64,000 bases of DNA from a virus (Duplodnaviria > Caudoviricetes), in the IMG/VR virus record IMGVR_UViG_3300031669_005479, positions 96,001-160,000 of that record; one strand, 5' to 3'. Below, piece by piece: positions 50,273 to 59,636 of the stretch (positions are counted from its first letter, which is position 1; every line of letters starts with the position of its first letter). The notes beneath the pieces were generated by a model. The model was not told the DNA's origin, did not search any database, and saw only the letters and a list, made by a program, of their open reading frames with translations. The translations under genes were made by a program, and so were the position numbers.

Positions 50273-50737
50273 ATGTATAACATAGATTACGATATATTAT
50301 TAAATGAACAGGGTAGACCATATATACATTTACCTGACGATTATGAACAAAGACCCGAAGATAGGTTTTTTGTTGTTGAACTAACGAGATATATATTACA
50401 AAGTGTTTATAATGCGAAAAGTGTGGAATTCGATAAAAATGCCGCTAAAGTAATTGAATCTGGTATTAGCCTTTTAGGACAAGTTAGTGATGAAATCGCA
50501 GAAATTTTATGGAATCAAATGAAAGTTATGGGTGATGTTGATCTTTTATTAGCAAAAAGATATCACATTACGCTCAACACTGTAGAGGAGATGAATATGT
50601 TGGACGATAAATATATTCATCATAATAATAAAATTTATACAAGACAAGAGGGATTGAGGGTTTTTATTATCGAAAACAATAGCATTTACGAATTAACTGG
50701 TGGAATTACCAATGATTGTTGGACAAAAATTGAATAA
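50273..50737 (+). CDS. Hypothetical protein
   Basis: 154 aa ORF preceding the helicase. Confidence 0.6.
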   Translation: MYNIDYDILLNEQGRPYIHLPDDYEQRPEDRFFVVELTRYILQSVYNAKSVEFDKNAAKVIESGISLLGQVSDEIAEILWNQMKVMGDVDLLLAKRYHITLNTVEEMNMLDDKYIHHNNKIYTRQEGLRVFIIENNSIYELTGGITNDCWTKIE

Positions 50738-50841
50738 TTTTTTTAGACATTTATTTCCAGTAGTTTTATTGTTATTACCATTTGGAACATTATTATTATT
50801 AATTCTGTTTATAAAACATCCAAAATTTTTAAAGAATAAAA

Positions 50842-53343
50842 ATGATTAATAAACCAACTTCTGAACAAGACCGAGTATTTCTTTTTACAAAAAAAAGACC
50901 CGAAAATATTTTAATTAAGGCATTTGCAGGTGCTGGTAAATGTCTAGGTATTAATACACCAATATTGATGTATAATGGTGAAATTAAATCAGTTCAGAAT
51001 ATTAACATTGGTGATTTATTAATGGGTGATGATTCTACACCAAGAAAAGTAATTAACGTTAACAATGGGACTGGTGAATTATATAAAATAATTCCAAACA
51101 AAGGAGAATCATGGATTTGTAATGATGTTCATATGATGACATTATTTCATGAATATAAACATGAAATAATTGACATGCCGTTGAATGAAATCAATTATCC
51201 GAAATACAGTGGTGGTTGTTATAGATATGTTCGATTAATGAGAACTGGTGTTGATTTTGTTGAGAATGATGTAACAATAGACCCTTATTTGCTTGGTCTT
51301 TGGCTTGGTGATGGAAAAAAGGAAAATGGAGCACCCACAATATTTGTAAACAAAACAGAAAAACCAATATTAGAATATTTAAAAAATATTAATTATTCTA
51401 ACATTACACCTAAATTCAATGAATATCAAAAAAATTTAATTAATGTCGATTTAACTACTAAAAATTTTAATGGACGTAAAATTAATAATGTATTAAGGGA
51501 TGAATTTAAACGATGTTTAAATGCTGATGGTAGTTTCTCAATACCAAAAAATTATTTAATTAATTCAAAAGAGAATAGATTAAAATTATTGGCAGGTATT
51601 ATTGATACTGATGGATATTGTTATGATAAATGTTATGAGGTAACTACTAAATATAAATCATTTGCTGATGATTTATTATATTTGGGTAGAAGTTTAGGTT
51701 TCGCAACATATATAACACCAATAAAAAAAGGTATAAAATCGATTAATTTTATTGGTGATTATTGGAAAATATCTATTTCTGGTTCGTTTGAAGATTTACC
51801 ATGTTTATTAATCAGAAAACAATCTACATGTAGACTACAAATCAAATCTGTTCTGAGAACTGGATTTAAGAAAGAGTATCAAGGTATTGGTAATTATTAT
51901 GGATTTACGTTAGATGGTAATGGACGATTCTTACTAGGTGATTTTACTATTACACATAACACATCAACAATTGTTGAAGCAGTTAAACTATTACCCAACG
52001 ATAAGTCAATCATGTTTTTGGCATTTAATAAGCATATTCAGGAAGAATTAAAAGCAAAATTACCTGAATATGTTAGATGTTATACTACCTATGGTTTAGG
52101 CGTTGCAGCAATTAAAAGAAAATATGGGGATAAAATTCAATTTGATGAATTTAAAGCAGATAAAATAATTCAAAAAAAGTCAAAATCTTGGGATTTACAT
52201 GATGAACTAAAAAGTGAAGAAGAGATTAATTTTTATTTAGGTAATATAAAAAAATTGGTTAATTTATGTAGGTTAACACTTACATTAAAATCAGAATATA
52301 TTCCATATATTTCTGAAAGATACGACATTCCATTAGGTAAACCCAAAGATATTAAACGGGTTCTGAAAGTTCTCGATGAAATGACCACAGATAGAAAGAC
52401 ATACGATTATACAGATATGATATTTCTACCAGCAATTGATAGTAGTATATGGATGTTTCAGCAGGATTACGTATTTGTTGATGAAATACAAGATTTGAAT
52501 AAGTGCCAAATAAGAATTATTGAAAAAATTCTGAAGAGAAACAAATCAACCAATAAATATACAGGTAGACTAATTGGTGTTGGTGATTTTTTTCAGGGAA
52601 TTTATGGTTTTAATGCTGCAGATGAAAAATCATTCGAGTGGTTTGAAAAGTTTCCTAACACTAAAGTATTACCACTTTCAACATCATTTAGATGTTCCAA
52701 GGCAGTAATTAGAAAAGCACAAGAAATTGTTCCAGATATTAAAGCACTTGATGATGCACCAGAGGGCGTTGTACGAGATGGAAGTGTATTAACTGAAGCA
52801 CAAAGTGGTGATTTTGTATTGTGTCGAACTACGATGCCACTAGTTAAACTATTTTTTGAATTTCTAACGCAAAATAGAAAAGCAGTAATTAAGGGTTCTG
52901 ATATTGGCCTACATCTTATTGAATTAATTGGTAGTATTAATAATATTGATCTGTTGGTGAGTTTTTGGGATGGCGAATTGTTGAAATTTAGAAAAGATTT
53001 AAAATCAGAGGGAATATTAAATCCTAGTGAACATAGTGGATATGCAGTACTTGAAGATAAGGTTACGACATTACTGTTTTTAGCAAGACTTTCAGAAAGT
53101 ATTGTTGATTTAAAATATAAAATAAAAACTATATTTACTGATGAGATTCAAGGAATCGTACTAAGCACAGTTCACAAAATAAAAGGATTGGAAGCCAATA
53201 GAGTTTTTATTATTAGACCAGACCTATTGCCCATGCAAAATGTAAAGCCTTGGCAATTTCTTCAAGAAAAAAACTTAGAGTATGTTGCAATAACAAGGGC
53301 AAAATTAGAATTAATATATGACAGAGAATGGAAAGACGAATAA
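50842..53343 (+). CDS. UvrD/Rep-family (SF1) helicase interrupted by an intein
   Basis: AFAGAGK|T, LAFNK, FVDEIQD, VGDFFQGIYGF, LSTSFRC, STVHKIKGLE, YVAITRAK. Confidence 0.9.
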   Translation: MINKPTSEQDRVFLFTKKRPENILIKAFAGAGKCLGINTPILMYNGEIKSVQNINIGDLLMGDDSTPRKVINVNNGTGELYKIIPNKGESWICNDVHMMTLFHEYKHEIIDMPLNEINYPKYSGGCYRYVRLMRTGVDFVENDVTIDPYLLGLWLGDGKKENGAPTIFVNKTEKPILEYLKNINYSNITPKFNEYQKNLINVDLTTKNFNGRKINNVLRDEFKRCLNADGSFSIPKNYLINSKENRLKLLAGIIDTDGYCYDKCYEVTTKYKSFADDLLYLGRSLGFATYITPIKKGIKSINFIGDYWKISISGSFEDLPCLLIRKQSTCRLQIKSVLRTGFKKEYQGIGNYYGFTLDGNGRFLLGDFTITHNTSTIVEAVKLLPNDKSIMFLAFNKHIQEELKAKLPEYVRCYTTYGLGVAAIKRKYGDKIQFDEFKADKIIQKKSKSWDLHDELKSEEEINFYLGNIKKLVNLCRLTLTLKSEYIPYISERYDIPLGKPKDIKRVLKVLDEMTTDRKTYDYTDMIFLPAIDSSIWMFQQDYVFVDEIQDLNKCQIRIIEKILKRNKSTNKYTGRLIGVGDFFQGIYGFNAADEKSFEWFEKFPNTKVLPLSTSFRCSKAVIRKAQEIVPDIKALDDAPEGVVRDGSVLTEAQSGDFVLCRTTMPLVKLFFEFLTQNRKAVIKGSDIGLHLIELIGSINNIDLLVSFWDGELLKFRKDLKSEGILNPSEHSGYAVLEDKVTTLLFLARLSESIVDLKYKIKTIFTDEIQGIVLSTVHKIKGLEANRVFIIRPDLLPMQNVKPWQFLQEKNLEYVAITRAKLELIYDREWKDE
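50941..51960 (+). mobile_element. Class 1 intein with LAGLIDADG endonuclease, 340 aa
   Basis: Starts CLGINTPILM, ends ITHN before Thr; motifs LLGLWLGDG and LAGIIDTDG. Confidence 0.92.
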
Positions 53344-53350
53344 AATATTG

Positions 53351-53358
53351 TATATTTG
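53351..53358 (+). promoter_or_regulatory. Bacteroidota-type -7 element TATATTTG
   Basis: Upstream of the start at 53394. Confidence 0.5.
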
Positions 53359-53393
53359 TCTTAAATAAATAACTATATTAAATACATAAATTT

Positions 53394-53675
53394 ATGAATG
53401 AAGGTAATACACAAACAAGGACATTAATGAGTTCTTTGGAGATTTTAAATGAAAATGTAAGACAACTTGAAAAATTATTAAATTTAAGTGAAAAATTAGT
53501 CGATAAATTTGAAAGAACAGAAAATGATCTCAAAAAGGGATCAGCTGAAATTGATTCTGGTTATGAAAAGCAACAAAATATTGTTGGTTTATTTTATGGG
53601 GCAAATGAGCGCATTGTTGTGCTGATGAATAAAATTGAAACTAATGTTGAAAAAGTTATTTCAATGATTGACTAA
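53394..53675 (+). CDS. Hypothetical coiled-coil protein
   Basis: 93 aa ORF. Confidence 0.55.
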   Translation: MNEGNTQTRTLMSSLEILNENVRQLEKLLNLSEKLVDKFERTENDLKKGSAEIDSGYEKQQNIVGLFYGANERIVVLMNKIETNVEKVISMID

Positions 53676-53763
53676 CATAATTATTTGGATAATGACATAT
53701 GATGCAAAATAACTGAAAATTTGGGAGACAGATGAACCAGATATCGATTATTCACAAAGCAAA

Positions 53764-54240
53764 ATGCCATTAATTTTAGATGCATGTTGTGGTGGTCGTC
53801 AATTTTGGTTTGATAAAGAAAATCCAGATGTATTATTTGCAGATAATCGTGTAATGCAACCTAAAATGGTTGGAAGTGGAAAAGATGGTCGTATTCGAAA
53901 ATGTTTGCCAGATAGAGTTATGGATTTTCGAAATATGGACGTAGCAGATCAAACTTTTAAACTTGTTGTATTTGATCCACCACACCTATTTTTAGGTGAA
54001 AATAGTTATATGGCTCAAAGTTATGGCAGTTTAGATAGACAAACATGAAAAGAAGATATCACTAAGGGATTTTCAGAATGTTTTAGAGTAATTAAAGATG
54101 ATGGCATTTTAATATTTAAATGGAACGAATCTGATATTTTATTAAAAGAAATATTAAAATTAACTACATATAAGCCATTATTTGGTCATCCTTCAGGAAA
54201 AGCGCAAAAAACGCATTGAGTATGTTTTATGAAACATTAG
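53764..54240 (+). pseudogene. DNA methyltransferase-like gene (DPPH motif) with two in-frame TGA codons at expected Trp positions; pseudogene or read-through
   Basis: ILDACCGGRQFWFDK...FDPPHL...DRQT*KEDITKGFSECFRV...LIFKWNES...PLFGH..GK..KTH*VCFMKH; TGA at 54046-54048 and 54217-54219, TAG at 54238-54240. Confidence 0.8.
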
Positions 54241-54257
54241 TTTAAATATGTCTGATT

Positions 54258-54536
54258 ATGATATGGATAGTAAAAATAGAAAATAAAATAAATCAAAGAA
54301 TTAAAGTGGTTTTTGACCCAATGTCTGAACAATTAACATTTACGGGTCAATTTAAACCACATAATGAAATGTGGACAGATTTTAGTGAAGAAACACATTC
54401 AATAAATATTGATTTAACAACAATCAGTAATTTATTATTTGATGTGCAGCAAAAAATGGAAGAAAGATTATCCACATACAAAAATGTTGAAGAAGTGTTT
54501 AGTAAAATAAAAATTGTTGAGATTAATGGGAAATAA
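54258..54536 (+). CDS. Hypothetical protein
   Basis: 92 aa ORF. Confidence 0.55.
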   Translation: MIWIVKIENKINQRIKVVFDPMSEQLTFTGQFKPHNEMWTDFSEETHSINIDLTTISNLLFDVQQKMEERLSTYKNVEEVFSKIKIVEINGK

Positions 54537-54540
54537 ATAG

Positions 54541-54563
54541 ATTGGAGATAACATATCTCCAAT
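54541..54563. terminator. Hairpin between convergent genes
   Basis: ATTGGAGATA-aca-TATCTCCAAT. Confidence 0.7.
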
Positions 54564-54565
54564 TT

Positions 54566-56068
54566 TTAATACTTCCATCGAAAATTATTTACAATTTTTT
54601 CGTTTTTACACCATCTTGATATTGTTGATTGATTTACATTTTCGTGTATACTTGCAATTTGTGTTGAATCGTATTCTATTATATTATTTGTTATAGTGTT
54701 AATCTTATATACTTTTTTACATAACACAGTTTTTTGTTTATCCGATAATCCAAGCAGTTTTTTTGTTTTACTTATTTTTTTCTTAGTGTCATCATCACGA
54801 TTTTTTCCAAGCCAATATTTTGGTGAGTTTGCGGATAAATATTCCCTTTCTTCTTCGGTTTTTATTTTACCATATTTTTTAGCTTCATCCGTACCCGATT
54901 TAGCAATTCTTCTGTCAATCCAAACATTAGTTTGTTTTATTCCAATATGTGACCTAGACATTCTCTCAAGTGTTTCTGTATTGGGAATCGCATTTCTACC
55001 TCCCAATTCAATATTATAGCCGAATTCTTTTTGATTTGATTTATATTGTTGGATGTAATTAATTTCTTTTTCATTTAATTCATTTATATCTTTGGCAGTA
55101 TCAATAACCTCAAATTTAAAATTATAAAATTCATATTTTTTAAATGAATTATATAGATGTTGATTAGAATTGATATTATTATATAATAAAGATTTTTTGT
55201 ATTCACCAATTCTTTTACTCAATTCTCTTGTTGTTTGGCCAATATAAACCTTGTTGTTTGTTAGATTAGTAATCTTATAAATAAAACCAAATATGACATG
55301 TTGTGTTGAATCAAGAAATAATTGATATTTATATTTCCCACAGTCCCAAATTCTAACGTATCCAAGTTCTTTAGCCAATTCAGATTCAGTCTTATTTTCA
55401 TTAAAAATATTTGGAAATTTTAATTTAATTTGAGATTTACCTAAGTTAAATTTATGTAATAATTTACCGTTTTTATAGTAGAGATAGTCTTGTGGTAGTG
55501 TTTTTGTTAATTTAAAGCCATTTTTTGAATATATATTATCTTTACTTAACGTCCATCTTTTATTTGCAAATGTGGTAATTTTAGTTGGCTTATATTGAAC
55601 AATAAATTTATTTAACATCTTCGGGAAGATGCCAATAACAACATAATTATTGTCAGTTGCAAACCTAGATAATTCATACTCATTATCTATTTTCCCCCCA
55701 TTAAAAGTTCTTTTATCATCAAAAGTTAATACTGCAATTAATTTATTTTCATAATATGCACCATAACATATATTTGACCTATCAGTTCCTTGTATATGAT
55801 TCAGATTTAAAAATTTATTTTTATTTATATTATCTATTTCAGATATAATACATTTTCTGGCAAAGATTTTTTCGGAAATTTCATTATTATGATATTTAAT
55901 CGATTTTTTTATAATTTTCTTTTTTGATAATTCTGCTGAATAATAAACATATGTTTTTTTATTGTTCTCTTGTAAAATTTTAACTGATTTTCTATTGGAG
56001 AGAATGTTAATATCTTTTTCTTCATGAAGAAAAAGAAAAATTGAATCAAAAGTTTCTATCTTTTTCAT
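54566..56068 (-). CDS. Chimeric endonuclease: N-terminal Mom-like GNAT domain, GIY-YIG nuclease, NUMOD3 and NUMOD1-like modules
   Basis: IFARKC...NHIQG...YELSRF...TFANKRW...GYVRIWDCG; then FIYKITN..NNKVYIGQTTR...E..E; C-terminal VNQSTISRWC...FRWKY. Confidence 0.8.
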   Translation of the reverse strand: MKKIETFDSIFLFLHEEKDINILSNRKSVKILQENNKKTYVYYSAELSKKKIIKKSIKYHNNEISEKIFARKCIISEIDNINKNKFLNLNHIQGTDRSNICYGAYYENKLIAVLTFDDKRTFNGGKIDNEYELSRFATDNNYVVIGIFPKMLNKFIVQYKPTKITTFANKRWTLSKDNIYSKNGFKLTKTLPQDYLYYKNGKLLHKFNLGKSQIKLKFPNIFNENKTESELAKELGYVRIWDCGKYKYQLFLDSTQHVIFGFIYKITNLTNNKVYIGQTTRELSKRIGEYKKSLLYNNINSNQHLYNSFKKYEFYNFKFEVIDTAKDINELNEKEINYIQQYKSNQKEFGYNIELGGRNAIPNTETLERMSRSHIGIKQTNVWIDRRIAKSGTDEAKKYGKIKTEEEREYLSANSPKYWLGKNRDDDTKKKISKTKKLLGLSDKQKTVLCKKVYKINTITNNIIEYDSTQIASIHENVNQSTISRWCKNEKIVNNFRWKY

Positions 56069-56088
56069 ATGGACATTATTTACTTATG

Positions 56089-56097
56089 TATAAATAC
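56089..56097 (-). promoter_or_regulatory. Putative late promoter motif GTATTTATA
   Basis: 20 nt upstream of the start at 56068. Confidence 0.6.
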
Positions 56098-56107
56098 GCA
56101 CAAACAT

Positions 56108-56139
56108 AAAAAAAGGTTGCAATATTTGCAACCCTTTTT
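56108..56139 (-). terminator. Intrinsic terminator after the major capsid gene
   Basis: GGTTGCAA-tat-TTGCAACC flanked by A and T runs. Confidence 0.8.
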
Positions 56140-56163
56140 AAAATTATATTTCGATATTATCGA

Positions 56164-57867
56164 TTATTGTAAATCACCGATTCCGAAAGTCTGAAGACCG
56201 TCGCAATATACTCTACCGTAATAACGGTTAAGAACCATTTTCTTTGCATACCTTGTCATAATACCACGAATTGGTGTAAAGTCAAAAGGATTGTACATGA
56301 CTGGTGTTAATTGCATTGGAACGTATGGAGCGTATATGTATCCGGTCTCTAAGATGCTAGTTCCCTTATGTCCAATAAGCATTGTGTTTGCTGGAGCATA
56401 TGGGTCACGATAGATTATGTAACGTCCACCAAGAGTACCGATTTTCTCAATACCCATGTTATACTTGTCCTGTTCTGGAGCAGCATTACTTACGTGGAAA
56501 TATTCTAAGTCATCAAATACAGCAGAAATTTCAGGAGAAACTACTACCCATGATGCACCACCACGAAGGGTTGATTTATGGATTTGTGCAGAAATTTGGT
56601 TGATCTTTGTTAACAAAGTCTGATTCCAGTCTTTCTGTACACCATAGTAAGTGTTAGTACCCTTACGTAGTCCATTATAGTCCCATCTTGCGGTCCAAGC
56701 TGCACCACGTCTAAGGTCACGAAGAATTTCACGGTCAATTTCTGCAGCCATTTGCTCAGAAAGTAGGGCAGTTAATTCAGCCTCAGCATCAATGTTATGG
56801 AAAGCACTTACGTCTTGTGCAAGTTCAGGTGTCCACATAGCACGCATTTTACGTGTTTCTACAGATACGGTAACTTGGTCAAGCACGAATGTAACTTCAG
56901 CCATTCTTGAATCTTCTTCAATATCACTGTAACTTCTGTAAGTTGCTGTGAAAGTAGTAGCACCAGTTGCACCACTAAGTGCCTGATAACCGTTAGCACC
57001 TGGATACTGTACGTCAACAACAAGAGTAATTTTACCTGTTGTATCTACAATACCTTGTCCATATTTCTGAACCTTTACGTTGAAAGGAATTACACTACCT
57101 GCGGTAATGGTTTCACTTGCGTATGGTGCAGGAGCAGTCAAGTCTTTATTTGCGAAAATTTGTAAACCAGCAAGGAATGACTCGGTATCAATTTGAACAC
57201 CTTGTGGGCCAATCAATTTACCATCATTAGTTGTGCTGAAACCAGTAAGACTAATTGTTGCAAATTTGTCAGTTCCTAAAGTAAATCCTGCAGCAGTTAA
57301 ACCAGATACAGAGTGTGCTGTGATAGAACCTTTTGAACGGTCAAATAATGAAGTACCTTCAGTATTGTATTCAGATGCATAAAATGCGTCATACAATGAA
57401 CGTGTTTCGAATTGAGTTTTTACGTTTGCAGCCTTAGTTGCAGCGTTTCCATATGCGCCATCTGGTGATGTTTGCATACCTGTCGAACCATCGGTCCCAA
57501 CATTAGGATTAGCTGTATTATCAACAACTCTAACGCTAGTTTTTGGGTTGATAAAATACAATTTACCAATTGGTAAGTTAAGTGCCTGTACTGACACGAT
57601 ATCATTTGCTAAAAGTTTAGCAAATACTCTACGGATTACAGGGAATGCAACTGTTTCAAACTGTCCACTTGAAGAAGAATCTGACGACTCATTAATCATG
57701 TGTGATAGTTGGTTTTCAAATAACTGCGCACAGTTTTCTCTTACATTACCTTCCAAACCTTCTAGCAGACCAATTTTTTCCCATCTGTTAGTGGTTATTT
57801 CTCTTTGCTCACGAAGTTGTTTTAATCCAATATTACCAACTTCAGCAGATTCCATTAAAAATCCCAT
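56164..57867 (-). CDS. gp23: Major capsid protein (T4 gp23-like)
   Basis: FPVIRRVF..LLANDIVSVQ, TRKMRAMWTPELAQDV.AFHNIDAEAEL..LLSEQ.A.EIDREI, GYIYAPYVP, P.RGIMTRY. Confidence 0.97.
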   Translation of the reverse strand: MGFLMESAEVGNIGLKQLREQREITTNRWEKIGLLEGLEGNVRENCAQLFENQLSHMINESSDSSSSGQFETVAFPVIRRVFAKLLANDIVSVQALNLPIGKLYFINPKTSVRVVDNTANPNVGTDGSTGMQTSPDGAYGNAATKAANVKTQFETRSLYDAFYASEYNTEGTSLFDRSKGSITAHSVSGLTAAGFTLGTDKFATISLTGFSTTNDGKLIGPQGVQIDTESFLAGLQIFANKDLTAPAPYASETITAGSVIPFNVKVQKYGQGIVDTTGKITLVVDVQYPGANGYQALSGATGATTFTATYRSYSDIEEDSRMAEVTFVLDQVTVSVETRKMRAMWTPELAQDVSAFHNIDAEAELTALLSEQMAAEIDREILRDLRRGAAWTARWDYNGLRKGTNTYYGVQKDWNQTLLTKINQISAQIHKSTLRGGASWVVVSPEISAVFDDLEYFHVSNAAPEQDKYNMGIEKIGTLGGRYIIYRDPYAPANTMLIGHKGTSILETGYIYAPYVPMQLTPVMYNPFDFTPIRGIMTRYAKKMVLNRYYGRVYCDGLQTFGIGDLQ

Positions 57868-57892
57868 TTTATTGTTTTTATTATTTATTTAA

Positions 57893-59515
57893 TTATTTTT
57901 TTTTGCCCCTATTTTCTACGTAATTAATGACATTTTTCATTCTATTAAGATGTTCATTATTTGCGTATGCCGTTTTTTCAACAACCTCATCAAGTTTTTG
58001 CTTTGAGGATGGTTGTATTGAGGCAGATACTTTATTCTCAATATTTTCAGTTAAAGTTTTTTTACTACCTTTCATTTCTGTAAGGATTGTTTTATACTTT
58101 TTCTGTGATTCAGAAATGCTATCAACTCGTTTAAATTCGTTGATAATCCTAATCTTATCCTCTTGTGTTAAAGCAAGACTTTCATTCACCAATAGGTTAT
58201 TAACATGTGCCAAATTGGTGTTGAATGTGGCCATTTCTTTCAATTGATTGCGATACTTTTCAAGTGCAGATTTGTATTGTTCAATCAATGTGCTTGCTGA
58301 TTGTTTGTATTTCTTGGTTTCATTTAATTTTTTTGTTAATTTTTTGTTCTCTTCAATTAAACTACCAATCTTCATGTTTGATTCTCTCATTTCTGGACGT
58401 TTCTTATTTACAGCACCAGAAGGTTTATATTCATTACCTGGTATTTGTGCCGTTTGGTGTCTCATATTTGAAAGATTACTAGCAATAGTTTCGTCAACTG
58501 GTTGCTCACTTCCTAATACAGAATTAACGTCATCAATAGAAATTTCGTCATCATCTTCTTCATCAATCAGCGGATTTCCCTGATGTAACTTAGCAACTTG
58601 GTCATGTGAACCAAATCTCTGTTCATCTCCCTTAGCATGCATTTCGTCCATGCCAATTTCATCAATTAATTTATTGTCAATATGTGGTGAACTGTCTGCG
58701 TGTTGTCTCGAAATTTGACTTTTGGTTCCATATCTTTCACCACCAGCAGCATGCATTTCTTCCATGTTCATGCCATTAAGTATTTCATCTAGTTGATTTT
58801 TTAAACCAACAAGTTGATTAAATGCAATTCCTTTATTATCTTTTTCCATATATGATGGTGAATCTTGGTTAATATCTCTAAGTTCTTCCATTTCTGAAAT
58901 TTCTTTTTCAATGTCTTCCATGCCAATTACGTCATCATCGCCATCATCGTCGATAAAAATTTCATCATCGTCCTCAACACCTTCTAATGCCATACCCGCA
59001 TCATGTACGTTAAGTTCTGTTATGTCAAATTCTTCGGTCACCTTTTGAAGAGGTTTTTTAGTTTTTTCGTTAAATGGTTTGCCTTCACCTGCAGTTTCTT
59101 CTACCTTTTTATTACCCTTTGCTTTTTCTGTAAATGGGTCTGGCTTACCAACAGTATCAGTGATTTTTACATCTTCTTCTACTTTTGCAACTTTTTGCGC
59201 TGCTTTTTCAAAGGGTTTGCCCTTTCCTGCAGTTTCTTCAACCTTCTTGGTCTCTTTTTCTTGATTTTTCATAACAGATTCTTCATTATTTAGGTTTGAT
59301 TCATCTTCCTCAGATTCTTCAACATTGTCCAATTTTTTATAGGACTCTTTTGTTTTTTTATTTTTATTTTGTAGTTCTTCCTTTAACAGACTATTAAATT
59401 TCTCTGGAAATTCGTCTGCCAATTTTTTTTTGGCATTTGCATCCGCAGCCTCTTTGATTGCGTTATAATCTGTTAATGCATCTTTTAGTATTGATGGTTT
59501 TTTATCGTCTTTCAT
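57893..59515 (-). CDS. Prohead core scaffolding protein (gp22-like)
   Basis: Highly acidic/coiled-coil protein between protease and capsid genes; many hydrophobic-x-E sites. Confidence 0.7.
   Translation of the reverse strand: MKDDKKPSILKDALTDYNAIKEAADANAKKKLADEFPEKFNSLLKEELQNKNKKTKESYKKLDNVEESEEDESNLNNEESVMKNQEKETKKVEETAGKGKPFEKAAQKVAKVEEDVKITDTVGKPDPFTEKAKGNKKVEETAGEGKPFNEKTKKPLQKVTEEFDITELNVHDAGMALEGVEDDDEIFIDDDGDDDVIGMEDIEKEISEMEELRDINQDSPSYMEKDNKGIAFNQLVGLKNQLDEILNGMNMEEMHAAGGERYGTKSQISRQHADSSPHIDNKLIDEIGMDEMHAKGDEQRFGSHDQVAKLHQGNPLIDEEDDDEISIDDVNSVLGSEQPVDETIASNLSNMRHQTAQIPGNEYKPSGAVNKKRPEMRESNMKIGSLIEENKKLTKKLNETKKYKQSASTLIEQYKSALEKYRNQLKEMATFNTNLAHVNNLLVNESLALTQEDKIRIINEFKRVDSISESQKKYKTILTEMKGSKKTLTENIENKVSASIQPSSKQKLDEVVEKTAYANNEHLNRMKNVINYVENRGKKK
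59074..59250 (-). repeat. Coding repeat KKVEETAG(K/E)GKPF in the scaffold gene (boundaries approximate)
   Basis: KKVEETAGKGKPFEK ... KKVEETAGEGKPFNEK visible in the translation. Confidence 0.7.
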
Positions 59516-59550
59516 ATTATTAAATATCGTATCTAATACAATAATTTTTA

Positions 59551-59559
59551 TATAAATAC
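59551..59559 (-). promoter_or_regulatory. Putative late promoter motif GTATTTATA
   Basis: Upstream of the scaffold-capsid pair. Confidence 0.6.
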
Positions 59560-59636
59560 ATTCTTATTATAAAAAAGTATTATTTAAACCCAAATTTATT
59601 GGTTCTTTGAAAAATTATATTTATATTGCAAAACAC

